Source: a virus (taxonomy: Duplodnaviria; Caudoviricetes). From it: a DNA stretch of 61,623 nucleotides. A program made the translations under genes and the position numbers. Within the stretch, counting starts at the first letter, position 1. The number at the start of each line of letters is the position of its first letter. The DNA is taken from positions 1-61,623 of the IMG/VR virus record IMGVR_UViG_3300030061_004427; one strand, 5' to 3'. Under the pieces are notes generated by a model. That model saw nothing but the letters and a program-made list of their open reading frames with translations. It was not told where the DNA came from and ran no database searches. Positions 1 through 9,387 of this stretch are shown in pieces.

Positions 1-547
1 ACACATACATAATATCAAATTTATCATTGTTATATACATTTTTGATAGTGTCGGATACCTTAGTAAGTTGTTCTATATCATGGGTTATTGGGTGTGCATC
101 ATATTGAGCTCCATGGTCAGGCCATTTGGACCAATACCAAATATATTTGTGACGCACAAAAAGTAATCTGCGTTTATTCTCCTTAAGGAGCTTAACTAAT
201 CTTTGACTACGTCTGTTATAAATTTCCCACGTAGCTTCTTCATTAATCCTATCAGTTTCCTGATTATTTTCATCCTGATAATATATAACATGTGCAAAAT
301 CTACACCACTATCGGGATAAAAATTTTTAAACTCTTTTTCAAAAATATTTGGAAGTACGTTTATGTTTGTTACTTGCCAGTCAAAAGGAAAAGAAGACTT
401 CCTCATATAGTTTAAAGCTTGACCAACACAACAACGATGGCCTAAGCTTACTAAATAGTCGTACTCTTTATCAAATAAGGAATTTTCTGGTGCCTTATAA
501 AAATTTGGAACTACCCAACTAGAAGTTGCATCATAATTATCAGCCAT
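1..547 (-). CDS. DUF1796-like putative papain-like cysteine peptidase (runs off the window start)
   Basis: Not in the ORF track. Manual translation from ATG 547 gives MADNYDATSSWVVPNFYKAPENSLFDKEYDYLVSLGHRCCVGQALNYMRKSSFPFDWQ, with the SLG..C...R.SxPFDW signature. Confidence 0.6.
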   Translation of the reverse strand, partial: MADNYDATSSWVVPNFYKAPENSLFDKEYDYLVSLGHRCCVGQALNYMRKSSFPFDWQVTNINVLPNIFEKEFKNFYPDSGVDFAHVIYYQDENNQETDRINEEATWEIYNRRSQRLVKLLKENKRRLLFVRHKYIWYWSKWPDHGAQYDAHPITHDIEQLTKVSDTIKNVYNNDKFDIMYV

Positions 548-576
548 ATATTATTTTAGATGGTAATAATGTAATA

Positions 577-1320
577 TCAAACCTTGAGTGCCATATCCCA
601 TACAAGTAAATGCAATCTTGGACTAAAATTGAAATGATGTTTTTTAGCCATCTCAGCTACCATAGGAGCTGCTTCAATATGTTCGTCTCTACTCCCACAA
701 CAAGGCATTAACCAAATTCTACCTGTTGGTATATCAAATGGGTCTATATATTTTTCAAATATTTCATCTAAATCAGATTCTTTATTAACCACGAATTTAA
801 ACCCAGACCCATTTGTAGAATGCCAATCTAAAACTTCTGGTTTATATCTTCTATCTTCTGGATCACCATTATTAGCTAATTTAGGTGATGTAGTAAAGGT
901 TGCTTTTAATCTTACCCATTCTGGGTCTGGCATTATAGTTGCATTAGTTTCAAAATCCATACGTGGTACCCAACCCCATTCAACATCCATATATTGTATA
1001 AATCTCAATAATGAAGGTTGTTGTACTAATGGTTCACCACCTGTAATTTTTAGTAAAGCACCATTCTTAAGATGTTCAGTATACCCACCGTCGTCCAACA
1101 TAGAAAGTATTTCCGTAAAACTCATTTTATTTTTTACCTTCCAAGATATAAAGCTATCACACCCATGAGGTGCTGTTGCACTTGCAAAACCCTTACATGT
1201 AAGATTACACATAGATAATCTCATGAAAACCGAAGGATAACCAACGAATTCACCTTCACCTTCTACAGTATAAAATATCTTATCATCACTAAGAAATATA
1301 TTTCCTTCACCTAATTGCAT
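577..1320 (-). CDS. queE: 7-carboxy-7-deazaguanine synthase (radical SAM)
   Basis: FYTVEGEG..G.PSVFMRL, CNLTC..CDS, ITGGEP, ETN, SPKL, FSPRLH motifs. Confidence 0.92.
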   Translation of the reverse strand: MQLGEGNIFLSDDKIFYTVEGEGEFVGYPSVFMRLSMCNLTCKGFASATAPHGCDSFISWKVKNKMSFTEILSMLDDGGYTEHLKNGALLKITGGEPLVQQPSLLRFIQYMDVEWGWVPRMDFETNATIMPDPEWVRLKATFTTSPKLANNGDPEDRRYKPEVLDWHSTNGSGFKFVVNKESDLDEIFEKYIDPFDIPTGRIWLMPCCGSRDEHIEAAPMVAEMAKKHHFNFSPRLHLLVWDMALKV

Positions 1321-1328
1321 ATCTATCT

Positions 1329-1356
1329 ATAATATTAACATCAATAGGGTTATCAA
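1329..1356 (-). promoter_or_regulatory. sigma70-like promoter for queE
   Basis: TTGATA-N16-TATTAT, 8 nt upstream of the ATG. Confidence 0.55.
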
Positions 1357-1359
1357 GAT

Positions 1360-1365
1360 TAAATA
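1360..1365 (+). promoter_or_regulatory. late-type promoter for phoH
   Basis: TAAATA-N5-ATG(1371). Confidence 0.65.
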
Positions 1366-1370
1366 TTAAC

Positions 1371-2108
1371 ATGGCAACGAAACGTTCGCGGTTAGCCGCG
1401 GTGTTCGAGTCGGAACAGTTACATACAGGCGATTTGCATGGTAACTGGGATTTAAACTTTAACGTCCGAAACAAGTTTGATTTTACAGAAAATCAAAAAA
1501 AGTTTATACAAACTATACTTGCAGAGGATAGTAAAATAGTTTTTGCTGATGGATCAGCGGGTACTGCAAAAACTTACTTGTCGGTTTTTGGAGGTCTTAC
1601 CTTGCTTGCTGCAAACAAAATGCAGCAAATTATTTATCTAAGAAGTGTAGTAGAATCAGCTGCACAAAAGATAGGACATTTACCCGGACAATTAGATGAA
1701 AAGTTTCTTCCTTACTCTTTACCTTTAATGGATAAGTTAGATGAGTTAGTAACCAAGACAACCGCTAATTCATTGTTCAAAAAAGAATATATAAAATGTT
1801 TACCGGTGAATTTCACTAGAGGGTTAACGTTTAATAATTCATTAGTCATTGTTGATGAAGCTCAAAATCTCACCAGGCAAGAAATTACTACCATCTTAAC
1901 GAGATTTGGAGAAGGTTCTAGATATATAGTTGTTGGTGATTCTAATCAATCTGACATTAACGGTAAATCTGGTTTTGCTCCAATTATAAAAGCTTTTGAT
2001 AATGAAATTAGTAAAAATAAAGGTATTAATGCTTTTTACTTTGGAACTGATGATATTGTTAGAAGTAAAATATTAAAACACATTGTTCATGTGTTATCAG
2101 ATATTTGA
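1371..2108 (+). CDS. phoH: PhoH-family ATPase
   Basis: GSAGTAKT Walker A variant, GHLPG, RGLTF, IVDEAQN, GD..QSD, DIVRS. Confidence 0.93.
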   Translation: MATKRSRLAAVFESEQLHTGDLHGNWDLNFNVRNKFDFTENQKKFIQTILAEDSKIVFADGSAGTAKTYLSVFGGLTLLAANKMQQIIYLRSVVESAAQKIGHLPGQLDEKFLPYSLPLMDKLDELVTKTTANSLFKKEYIKCLPVNFTRGLTFNNSLVIVDEAQNLTRQEITTILTRFGEGSRYIVVGDSNQSDINGKSGFAPIIKAFDNEISKNKGINAFYFGTDDIVRSKILKHIVHVLSDI

Positions 2109-2278
2109 TTAGCTTCTTTTTCGAGTTCTAACAACTCTTTTAAAGCAGCTTCCGGAGTTATTATATTGTACTCCGGAAGCTCTTCTTTTTTATCGAAAGG
2201 TTTTCCTATTTCTGCCATTTTAGAGAAAACATCCCCGGCAAGCTTTTCTATTTGAGGGTCTTTTTCTCTTTCTATCAT
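2087..2278 (-). CDS. hypothetical protein
   Basis: 63-aa ORF abutting the queD stop, protein-like composition. Confidence 0.55.
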   Translation of the reverse strand: MIEREKDPQIEKLAGDVFSKMAEIGKPFDKKEELPEYNIITPEAALKELLELEKEANQISDNT

Positions 2279-3124
2279 TTATCCTCTTGCTGGTGCATAA
2301 GGATCTGACGGCTTATCAGAACCCCAGCTGGTACCACCAAATGGATCACCGGCATCGTGTGTTTTAGGTCCTGCGCCAACTCTTGCACCCACTTCTTTAG
2401 TTCTTTTCGAACCGGGTAACATGCGTTGTCGTTCATCTTCATCCTCAATTTTTTTCTCTGCTGCTTCTTTACGTTTTTCAGCCTGTTCATCAATCCTTTT
2501 CTTTTCGTCCATAGGATCTATTTTTTCACCCATTTCATGTAAAGGTGTTGACTTAATAAAATCTTTAGGATTTGCTTGTGGTCCGCATGCTTCTGCTTCT
2601 CTATAAGCATCCCAGTCAACGTTTCCTGTGTCGTCGGTATATTTTGCATGTTCGGGACCAGTAAATCTCATACTTTGTGTAACAATTTTAGTAAATACAA
2701 CACTATTATCTTCATGCTCAAAGACTTCAACCTTTTCAACCCAACACCTATCATTTGTTGCTGCTTTTATAAAAAAATCTGCGGTATCGTAACACCACTC
2801 AGCAATTCTCTCACTACCAGTTCCATTAGACATGATCCTCAGATCACAAGCACCAGCTTTTTCAAGTTGTTGAAAAATAGGTAAAACAGGATCATTAGCA
2901 GCAATGCAAGTTGTATGGTCAAATTGATTTTTTAATTTTTCTTTAAGACCTTTTAACCCACCAAAATCTACTACCCAATTATTTTCGTCTAGTTCATTAG
3001 CCCCAAACCAAAATTTTGCTGTAAGATTGTAACCGTGTAAAAACTTGCAATGTGAATGATTTGCTTTCGGTTGTCTAAAAGCACAGCTACCCAATTCAAT
3101 AACTTTAGTACTCTGAAATTTCAT
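2279..3124 (-). CDS. queD: 6-carboxytetrahydropterin synthase with long C-terminal extension
   Basis: SCAFRQ..HSHCKFLHGY, WVVDFGGLK, FDHT, E.IA, VEVFEH; TTGATT-N16-TAATAT-N6-ATG upstream. Confidence 0.88.
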   Translation of the reverse strand: MKFQSTKVIELGSCAFRQPKANHSHCKFLHGYNLTAKFWFGANELDENNWVVDFGGLKGLKEKLKNQFDHTTCIAANDPVLPIFQQLEKAGACDLRIMSNGTGSERIAEWCYDTADFFIKAATNDRCWVEKVEVFEHEDNSVVFTKIVTQSMRFTGPEHAKYTDDTGNVDWDAYREAEACGPQANPKDFIKSTPLHEMGEKIDPMDEKKRIDEQAEKRKEAAEKKIEDEDERQRMLPGSKRTKEVGARVGAGPKTHDAGDPFGGTSWGSDKPSDPYAPARG

Positions 3125-3161
3125 TCCTAAATATTAAATTATGAAATAGATAAATCAACTA

Positions 3162-4121
3162 TTAAAGTGAAGTATTTATTTCTCTCTCTATAGGTGTGTT
3201 ACCGTATTCATCTTGATCACCTTTAAGATCTTGAAACTTATCTGTAGCTTCTTCTGATTCAGAATGATCCGGTGTATATGTATCACATTCACATATTCGC
3301 TGACCTTGATCATTCTTACTATAATTTAAATTTATTTCCGGGGCTACACATTTATCGCCGCGGCTCCAATAAACACAATCATTACAACTACAATTAACAC
3401 GTTCTATAACGGGGCCATGGCCAAGACGAACATAACCATCTTCATCTTCATGATGCATTTCTGAGATTTTTTTCTTTTTAAATGGCCTTGGACAAGGTGT
3501 TCCTTTTACATGTACATGACCGCATCTTCCACAACGTGTCGCTTTTTTTGCCTTTTCAATAACTACTTTACCTACGTATTTTTTAGCAATTTCATCCATT
3601 TTAGATAAAGGAACATTTAATTCTTTTTCATCCCTTCTCTGTTTATCTCGTATCGCATTTAAAATACTAATTTCATCGTTTGTTAATTCGTACATTTTGT
3701 TGTCTATTTCAACAGTTACTGTTTCTTCGTTCTCAGCAGTACCGCTTTTCCGCCGCGGGTACGGCGTACCGGTTTTGCGCATTCTATTATGATACGATTT
3801 AAACTTAGCCAACCTGCTTCGTTTCTTTTCATCTTCTAGCTCTTCTTTAGAATACATATCATCATCGCGAAGATCATCATCCCCGGAAGCCAGATTTCCT
3901 GATCCATCGCGATCTAAATATGTTTTTTCATACCCTTCTTCTTGATCTTTGTGAGCAGAGATCCACGATTGCTCATCAGGATAATCGTCGTCTTCATGTT
4001 GATTATCTTCTGCGGTGTTTAATGCAATTGCTACTGCTTGCTTTTGAGGATACCCTTCACCTTTCAATTTAGAAATGTTTTTTCCGATTATAGCGTCAGT
4101 TTTTCCTTTTTTAAGCGGCAT
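3162..4121 (-). CDS. modular, probably virion-associated protein ([15 protein letters not shown] module, CxxC-H-C knuckle, DUF1540-like Cys domain)
   Basis: Short modules separated by acidic linkers; [20 protein letters not shown]. Confidence 0.6.
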   Translation of the reverse strand: MPLKKGKTDAIIGKNISKLKGEGYPQKQAVAIALNTAEDNQHEDDDYPDEQSWISAHKDQEEGYEKTYLDRDGSGNLASGDDDLRDDDMYSKEELEDEKKRSRLAKFKSYHNRMRKTGTPYPRRKSGTAENEETVTVEIDNKMYELTNDEISILNAIRDKQRRDEKELNVPLSKMDEIAKKYVGKVVIEKAKKATRCGRCGHVHVKGTPCPRPFKKKKISEMHHEDEDGYVRLGHGPVIERVNCSCNDCVYWSRGDKCVAPEINLNYSKNDQGQRICECDTYTPDHSESEEATDKFQDLKGDQDEYGNTPIEREINTSL

Positions 4122-4551
4122 TTTTTAATATGGATTTGTAAATTTTGGTTAGTTCGTTATCATCTACCCCACCAATTCTAAGATACTGTTCAATATCATC
4201 TATATTATTGGTATTTCTTATCTGTTCAAATTCTTTCTTGCTAATTTTATCTTTTAATTTCCTAGCAATGTATTTTTTAAACATTTTAACAGAATTAGGT
4301 TTTGAAGGAGTTAATACCGGTTCGTTAATGTCGAATATACCCGGTAAAGGGCCACCAGGCATTAATACCTTTAATAGCGGCGGTAAAGCTGGACCACAAC
4401 TTTCAAAACTTAACTCTTGTAGTACAAAACCTTCATAACTTTCAGATTTTTCAAAACCTGAATTTAATGTAGGGTCTACTTTGAATCTTATATACTTCAA
4501 GCCTTTGTTTTTTAAACATTCAGCTAATATAATGTCAAAGCTTTTCATCAT
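4111..4551 (-). CDS. hypothetical late protein with CTS-like N-terminus
   Basis: TAAATA (4557-4562)-N5-ATG; starts [11 protein letters not shown]. Confidence 0.65.
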   Translation of the reverse strand: MMKSFDIILAECLKNKGLKYIRFKVDPTLNSGFEKSESYEGFVLQELSFESCGPALPPLLKVLMPGGPLPGIFDINEPVLTPSKPNSVKMFKKYIARKLKDKISKKEFEQIRNTNNIDDIEQYLRIGGVDDNELTKIYKSILKNAA

Positions 4552-4559
4552 ATTAGTAT

Positions 4560-5645
4560 TTAATCTTTTTTATAGTTAATAATGTCTTGGATAGTTGAGT
4601 AGAACGGTTTTTGACCCGAACTATGACAACAAGGTTCTTTCTTCTTGTCATGGGACCATTGATTGAACCAAAATAAGTTGTAATTATGTATTTCTGCTAT
4701 AATACTGTAGAATGGTTCCTCAGTAAAAGGGTGTGCATCATGATTGCTAGTGAATATATCCAATAGCTTCATATACATAGGTAAAACAACTTTTTCTAAT
4801 TCTTCAAACTCGCCACCGAAAATAGTACCTACCGTCCAATTAGGGTATTCAGTTGTAATTTGAGAATCTACATTTTTTGTTTTTTTAGGATCTAATGTAA
4901 ATGTTTTTTTGTCTGAATGCTCGTCTTGATTATATTGTGTACCACATTTCCAACCAAATTCATCTTTTAATACCTTAGATACAAATCTGTTATTCTCTTT
5001 CCAGTCATATTCAGCTAATCTATCGTTTTGAGTACCTTGAGTTATATGAAACCATTTTTTTTGTTTCCATATACGTTTTAAACCGGATGTAAACTTGGGA
5101 GTAAAAATATTGTTTTTATTTTTCGGATAGAAGTGAGAGTCGGGGTACCTTTCTTCCATTTGTCCATTCATACTATAAACGTATTCAGCACCTCCAAGTG
5201 ATTCTGGTATTTTACACCACTCTGTAACACCTGCATCTATCCACACCACTCTATCGCAGCCCCATTCGTTATCTTTAGCTCTTCTACACCATTCTAACTT
5301 CCAGTGACAAAGAAGTTCATTTCTCGGACAAAACATATATGTGTTACCGTCATCTTTACCATCTTGAAGTTTATGCCATACAAATTTATTCTTAGTTTCT
5401 AAAATTTCATAAGATCTAGGCCATTCAAATAAATCTAACCCGATAACTTTAAATTTTTTCCAGTATTTTTCTACAATTGAAGTTAATAAACCTACTTCAT
5501 GTGGCCAACAATATAAATGTAATGGCATGCCAAGCTTGGAAAGATTTTTTAAAGAAGTTTCATATAATTCTTCATCATTATCTTTACCTCCGCAGAGCCA
5601 ATCAGATCTTGCATCATAAACACAGGTAACTAAGATAGGTTTCAT
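4560..5645 (-). CDS. HtrL/YibB-like glycosyltransferase-family protein
   Basis: LVT..YD, H.K..W...A..N, WIDAG, G..FGG, TEE; paralog of 24369-25376. Confidence 0.6.
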   Translation of the reverse strand: MKPILVTCVYDARSDWLCGGKDNDEELYETSLKNLSKLGMPLHLYCWPHEVGLLTSIVEKYWKKFKVIGLDLFEWPRSYEILETKNKFVWHKLQDGKDDGNTYMFCPRNELLCHWKLEWCRRAKDNEWGCDRVVWIDAGVTEWCKIPESLGGAEYVYSMNGQMEERYPDSHFYPKNKNNIFTPKFTSGLKRIWKQKKWFHITQGTQNDRLAEYDWKENNRFVSKVLKDEFGWKCGTQYNQDEHSDKKTFTLDPKKTKNVDSQITTEYPNWTVGTIFGGEFEELEKVVLPMYMKLLDIFTSNHDAHPFTEEPFYSIIAEIHNYNLFWFNQWSHDKKKEPCCHSSGQKPFYSTIQDIINYKKD

Positions 5646-6253
5646 GGTAATAATTTATAATTAAATTTGGTAAAATCCTCTATGTAAAGATTATTAATAA
5701 ATTCTACGGATTCTTTAGTTAGTAAAGGAACACAAGAACAAGTATCAATACCTGATGAATTCATATGAGGTAACCCTTCAGTTATACCTAATTCTTTACA
5801 CATATCATTAAATTCTTGTTCTAAATTTTCATATCTTAGTACATAATCATAATGAATATTTTCAAAATAGATACTTTGAGATAATATATGATCACAATTA
5901 GAGTATATAAATTTTTGCCACCACTCTAAAAATTGATCACTATCAAAAGTTGTAGCTTTTTTTTCTCTAAAAAAATATTCAGATATAGCTCTTGTATAAG
6001 GGTTCCTTACTATTGTAAATTTTTTGTATGAATTATAAAATTTTTCATATCTTTCTTTTATCATACTTGGAGTAAAATGTTGAGGTGAAAAGAGTAACTC
6101 TTTACCTTTTTCATTACAATAATACGGAAGTTCTTCTTCTCTATAACATGTATTCAATGAATTATCTTTAATGCCAAATTTATTAATAATAGAGATACCA
6201 CCTGTCTTAGGAATATGGACAAAGCATAGATTATGCTCATGGATGAAGGGCAT
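5642..6253 (-). CDS. sulfotransferase family 2 protein
   Basis: FVHIPKTGG.SI, VRNPY.R.IS.Y, H...Q, RYENL, Y.EDF..FNY. Confidence 0.85.
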   Translation of the reverse strand: MPFIHEHNLCFVHIPKTGGISIINKFGIKDNSLNTCYREEELPYYCNEKGKELLFSPQHFTPSMIKERYEKFYNSYKKFTIVRNPYTRAISEYFFREKKATTFDSDQFLEWWQKFIYSNCDHILSQSIYFENIHYDYVLRYENLEQEFNDMCKELGITEGLPHMNSSGIDTCSCVPLLTKESVEFINNLYIEDFTKFNYKLLP

Positions 6254-6303
6254 CTTTTATTTAAACCTTGATTATAAAAGTAAAGATACTAAACTATATT
6301 TGT

Positions 6304-6966
6304 ATGTCGGAAAGAGTTAAAGAATTTTTATTACCAACAGCAAATAGTTCTGCACCCAGAACAGACGAAGAAAAACAATCAATTATTAATAACGCTGCTA
6401 ATGCTTATGAAGCATATCTAGATGCCCTTGGTTTTGATTGGAGAAATGATCCTAATAGTGATAATACACCAATGAGAGTTGCAAAGGCATTTGTTAATGA
6501 TATGGCAGCTGGTTGTTATGATTCGCCTCCTAAAGTTACGTCGTTTCCTTCTGATGGTTATGACGGTATAGTATTTCAAGGTGGTATTCCTATTAAGAGC
6601 CTTTGTAGTCACCATCATTTACCTTTTACTGGAAAAGCACACGTTGCATATATTCCAAGCTTGGATGGTAGAGTGATTGGTCTTAGTAAGCTTAATCGTA
6701 TTGTTGAATATTTTGCAAGACGTCCTCAGATTCAGGAAGGTCTTACTATGCAGATTCAAAAAGCTATTGATGAAGTATGTGAATCAAATGCAGGGGTTGC
6801 AGTATTAATTAGTGCAACACATACTTGTGCTTGTTTACGTGGTGTTAAGCATGATGGTTGTGCTATGATGACATCAAAATTAAGTGGATCATTTTATGAT
6901 GATGAAAAAACAAGAGCAGAATTTTATCACTTTGTTGACTCTTGGAATAGATCACCTTCAATCTAA
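6304..6966 (+). CDS. folE: GTP cyclohydrolase I
   Basis: TP.RVAK, SLCSHHHLPF.G, GLSKLNRIV, RPQIQE, HTC..LRGV. Start moved to ATG 6304 because the TTG at 6268 is the -35 box of TTGATT-N16-TAAACT. Confidence 0.95.
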   Translation: MSERVKEFLLPTANSSAPRTDEEKQSIINNAANAYEAYLDALGFDWRNDPNSDNTPMRVAKAFVNDMAAGCYDSPPKVTSFPSDGYDGIVFQGGIPIKSLCSHHHLPFTGKAHVAYIPSLDGRVIGLSKLNRIVEYFARRPQIQEGLTMQIQKAIDEVCESNAGVAVLISATHTCACLRGVKHDGCAMMTSKLSGSFYDDEKTRAEFYHFVDSWNRSPSI

Positions 6967-6974
6967 ATACTTTT

Positions 6975-7532
6975 GTGGCAAGAACAAAAAAAGAAGATTC
7001 TCACGGATTTGAAAAAGCTATTTTAAAAGTTAGTAGTTTAAGAGAACGGAAGCTTTATGGACCCGCAGCTAAAGCAGCTGAAGACCCTGAAACGGGAATT
7101 GTAATTAAACAAAAACCGGCTTATTTTGTTATTAAAGATTGTGCTACTATTACTAAGAGGTATTTGTTTGTAATGTGTTATGGTTCTTTAACTGATCCTA
7201 TTGGACAATTAAAAGGAAAAGTAAGTGTTGAAGATATAGAAGATTTTGTAGCAAGAAGTAAAAATAAATCTGATTATGAAACAAAACAATTATTCAATTT
7301 AGTGTTTCATGACATAGCACAGTATATACCTCAATTGCATTCTGATTCAGATGATCTTGATATCACATTTGATGTAATAGATGAAGAGAACGTTTATGGT
7401 GACTATGAAGACCTAGGAAATGAGCGAATAAAAGAAATGGAAAAACTCGAGGCTCAAGAAAGAACAAAAATCGATTTATCCAACGATCAAGCAGTTATTG
7501 ATAAGTTAGTAGAAGTATTTGTAATGGATTAA
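6975..7532 (+). CDS. hypothetical late protein
   Basis: TAAATA (6964-6969)-N5-GTG; 185 aa. Confidence 0.65.
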   Translation: MARTKKEDSHGFEKAILKVSSLRERKLYGPAAKAAEDPETGIVIKQKPAYFVIKDCATITKRYLFVMCYGSLTDPIGQLKGKVSVEDIEDFVARSKNKSDYETKQLFNLVFHDIAQYIPQLHSDSDDLDITFDVIDEENVYGDYEDLGNERIKEMEKLEAQERTKIDLSNDQAVIDKLVEVFVMD

Positions 7533-8278
7533 GAAATACTGTGTGTTAATTGGTCGACAGAACCGACTTTACCCCTTATATTCACATTAAAAGACATTGT
7601 CATCCTAAATGTTTCTTTATCTATTTCGTTTGGGTGATACATAGATGCAGCATGTCTTAACCATGATGGAAAAATAATCATCATACCATCTCTTAATTCA
7701 GGCCGTATTGTTGGAGAATAATAACGAGACCCTTCTTCTTTAACGCTAGGAGTTATAACATAATTTTGATTATTAGGGGCGTAAAAAGTCGTACCACCGA
7801 GTGCCATTTTTACTCCGTTATGAGCTTTGGTTTGGGGGTCTTCTACACAAATAATACCGCTAAGAAAACTATTAGGGTGAAAATGTTCTGGGTTTTGACC
7901 ATTTAGTCTATATATGTTAGCCCACATTAAGGATATATCAAAAGTTTCAACTTCTATATTTGTCCGTGTTTCCCATTCTCTACACGCTTCAAAAATAAGA
8001 TCATTTACAAAAGAAAATTCTTTCTTATTTTGTAGATCCGGATTTGTCTGAAAACTGGTAACATTTTCCCCTTTACAAAAACCTTCTATAAGCGCCTTAC
8101 TAAAAAGATTATTTTTTACACCAGGTTTTGTTTTATCCCATGTTTCTACATTGTCGCAATTTCGCTTATATTCATTTTGAATAAGTTTGCTTATTTTTTT
8201 AATAGACTTTTTATCTATTTCACATAAAAAAAATGGTGTGGGAAATAAATCTAGAAGTTCGGGTGTGATTAAAGGCAC
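7529..8278 (-). CDS. 2OG-Fe(II) oxygenase (TIGR02466-like)
   Basis: LFPTP, MWAN, H.HPNS.LSG, FPSWL.H, R..MSFN. Confidence 0.85.
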   Translation of the reverse strand: MPLITPELLDLFPTPFFLCEIDKKSIKKISKLIQNEYKRNCDNVETWDKTKPGVKNNLFSKALIEGFCKGENVTSFQTNPDLQNKKEFSFVNDLIFEACREWETRTNIEVETFDISLMWANIYRLNGQNPEHFHPNSFLSGIICVEDPQTKAHNGVKMALGGTTFYAPNNQNYVITPSVKEEGSRYYSPTIRPELRDGMMIIFPSWLRHAASMYHPNEIDKETFRMTMSFNVNIRGKVGSVDQLTHSIS

Positions 8279-8286
8279 ATAATGAC

Positions 8287-8736
8287 TTATTCCTGTTCGT
8301 ACTCTTTATCAACGTCAATTAATTTATCAATTTTGGATAAGAATAATTTTCCAATTAATATAGGAAATTCATTTTCACTTCTATCTGCTATAGAAAATGG
8401 TACATCTTTATATTCTTGATCTCCTAATTTTATATCAAATAGAACTACAGGTCGATCTTCTTTAACACCGGACCCGATATGAATTACTACATGATCCACG
8501 ACTTTCTTTTTTAATTTTTTACCATCGATAGTTTTTACTATTATGTTTTCGCCGCGCTTCTTTACTACCTCACCATCTATAACGTTATAAGCTCCATTAC
8601 CTGAGTCTATTTTTGCATCGACTTCACCAATACCATCAATATAGATTTTTTCTACCAAGCCAACAATGTCGTCTTCGGGTACATTGATTTCTTGTACAAT
8701 GTATCTGCGATAAATTTTTGAAAAGTTGCTAATCAT
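8287..8736 (-). CDS. RimB/RimK-associated retropepsin-like peptidase (Zn_protease family)
   Basis: G..E.I.I.G.G...AKIDSGN, E.RPVV, F...DRS...P.LIG..FL. Confidence 0.8.
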   Translation of the reverse strand: MISNFSKIYRRYIVQEINVPEDDIVGLVEKIYIDGIGEVDAKIDSGNGAYNVIDGEVVKKRGENIIVKTIDGKKLKKKVVDHVVIHIGSGVKEDRPVVLFDIKLGDQEYKDVPFSIADRSENEFPILIGKLFLSKIDKLIDVDKEYEQE

Positions 8737-8911
8737 TATTTTTTCGTGCTTCTAATATAGTTTTTCGCTCATCTCTACACAGCTTTACCAAATCGGCTAA
8801 TGCTTTCCGAGCTCTAGTAGATGCTGACTTATTATTTTTTTCAGTATATAAATCTACGTTTTTAATATAAGTTGCTACCGTATCTAGAATAAGTTGTTTT
8901 TGACTGTCCAT
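8729..8911 (-). CDS. histone H1-like Hc1-family small protein
   Basis: EKNNKSASTRARKALADLVKL..D.RK resembles the Hc1 core KGNKAA..RARK.L..L.K. Confidence 0.65.
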   Translation of the reverse strand: MDSQKQLILDTVATYIKNVDLYTEKNNKSASTRARKALADLVKLCRDERKTILEARKNND

Positions 8912-8931
8912 ATGTTTATATATACGTTCAA

Positions 8932-9324
8932 CTAGTATTTATCAATCTCTAACTTATCAGCTTCATTATAGTCAGGATCTGAACCTTTTAATAGGTAACT
9001 TTTCCCGTTTACTGGTAACTTTCTTTCAATAGTAAGAAATTTTAATTGTTCATTGGGAACTATCATTTTAGTCTTTCTATCGGTCATATAAAATACGGTA
9101 CCTTTAAACCCTTTTCTAACTACCCTGGCTTGTCTCCCGCTAATATAAATTATATCGTCGTTCTCGATGTTAGAACCTAAGAAAACTAGCATTCCTTGTA
9201 CGAAATTCATTATTAAGTCTCTGCAGAAAAACGTGATTGCTATACCTAAAGCAACCCAAAGATATTCGTTGCCGATATTTTTTATAACCGACTCGAGGTG
9301 ATTAGAATTAAGAACCTCTTCCAT
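8932..9324 (-). CDS. minimal MscS-like membrane protein
   Basis: One TM helix, D.I.N..G, DIIYI.G...V, IVPN; TAAATA-N5-ATG. Confidence 0.65.
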   Translation of the reverse strand: MEEVLNSNHLESVIKNIGNEYLWVALGIAITFFCRDLIMNFVQGMLVFLGSNIENDDIIYISGRQARVVRKGFKGTVFYMTDRKTKMIVPNEQLKFLTIERKLPVNGKSYLLKGSDPDYNEADKLEIDKY

Positions 9325-9387
9325 GTTAATATTTATCTATTTTTTTTATCTATTGATATGTGGGGATTTGAATAAATAATAGTCAAT

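Noticed and set aside
203-415. 70-aa plus-strand ORF from the track
   Set aside because: It is the antisense shadow of the minus-strand DUF1796-like gene (547 to window start)
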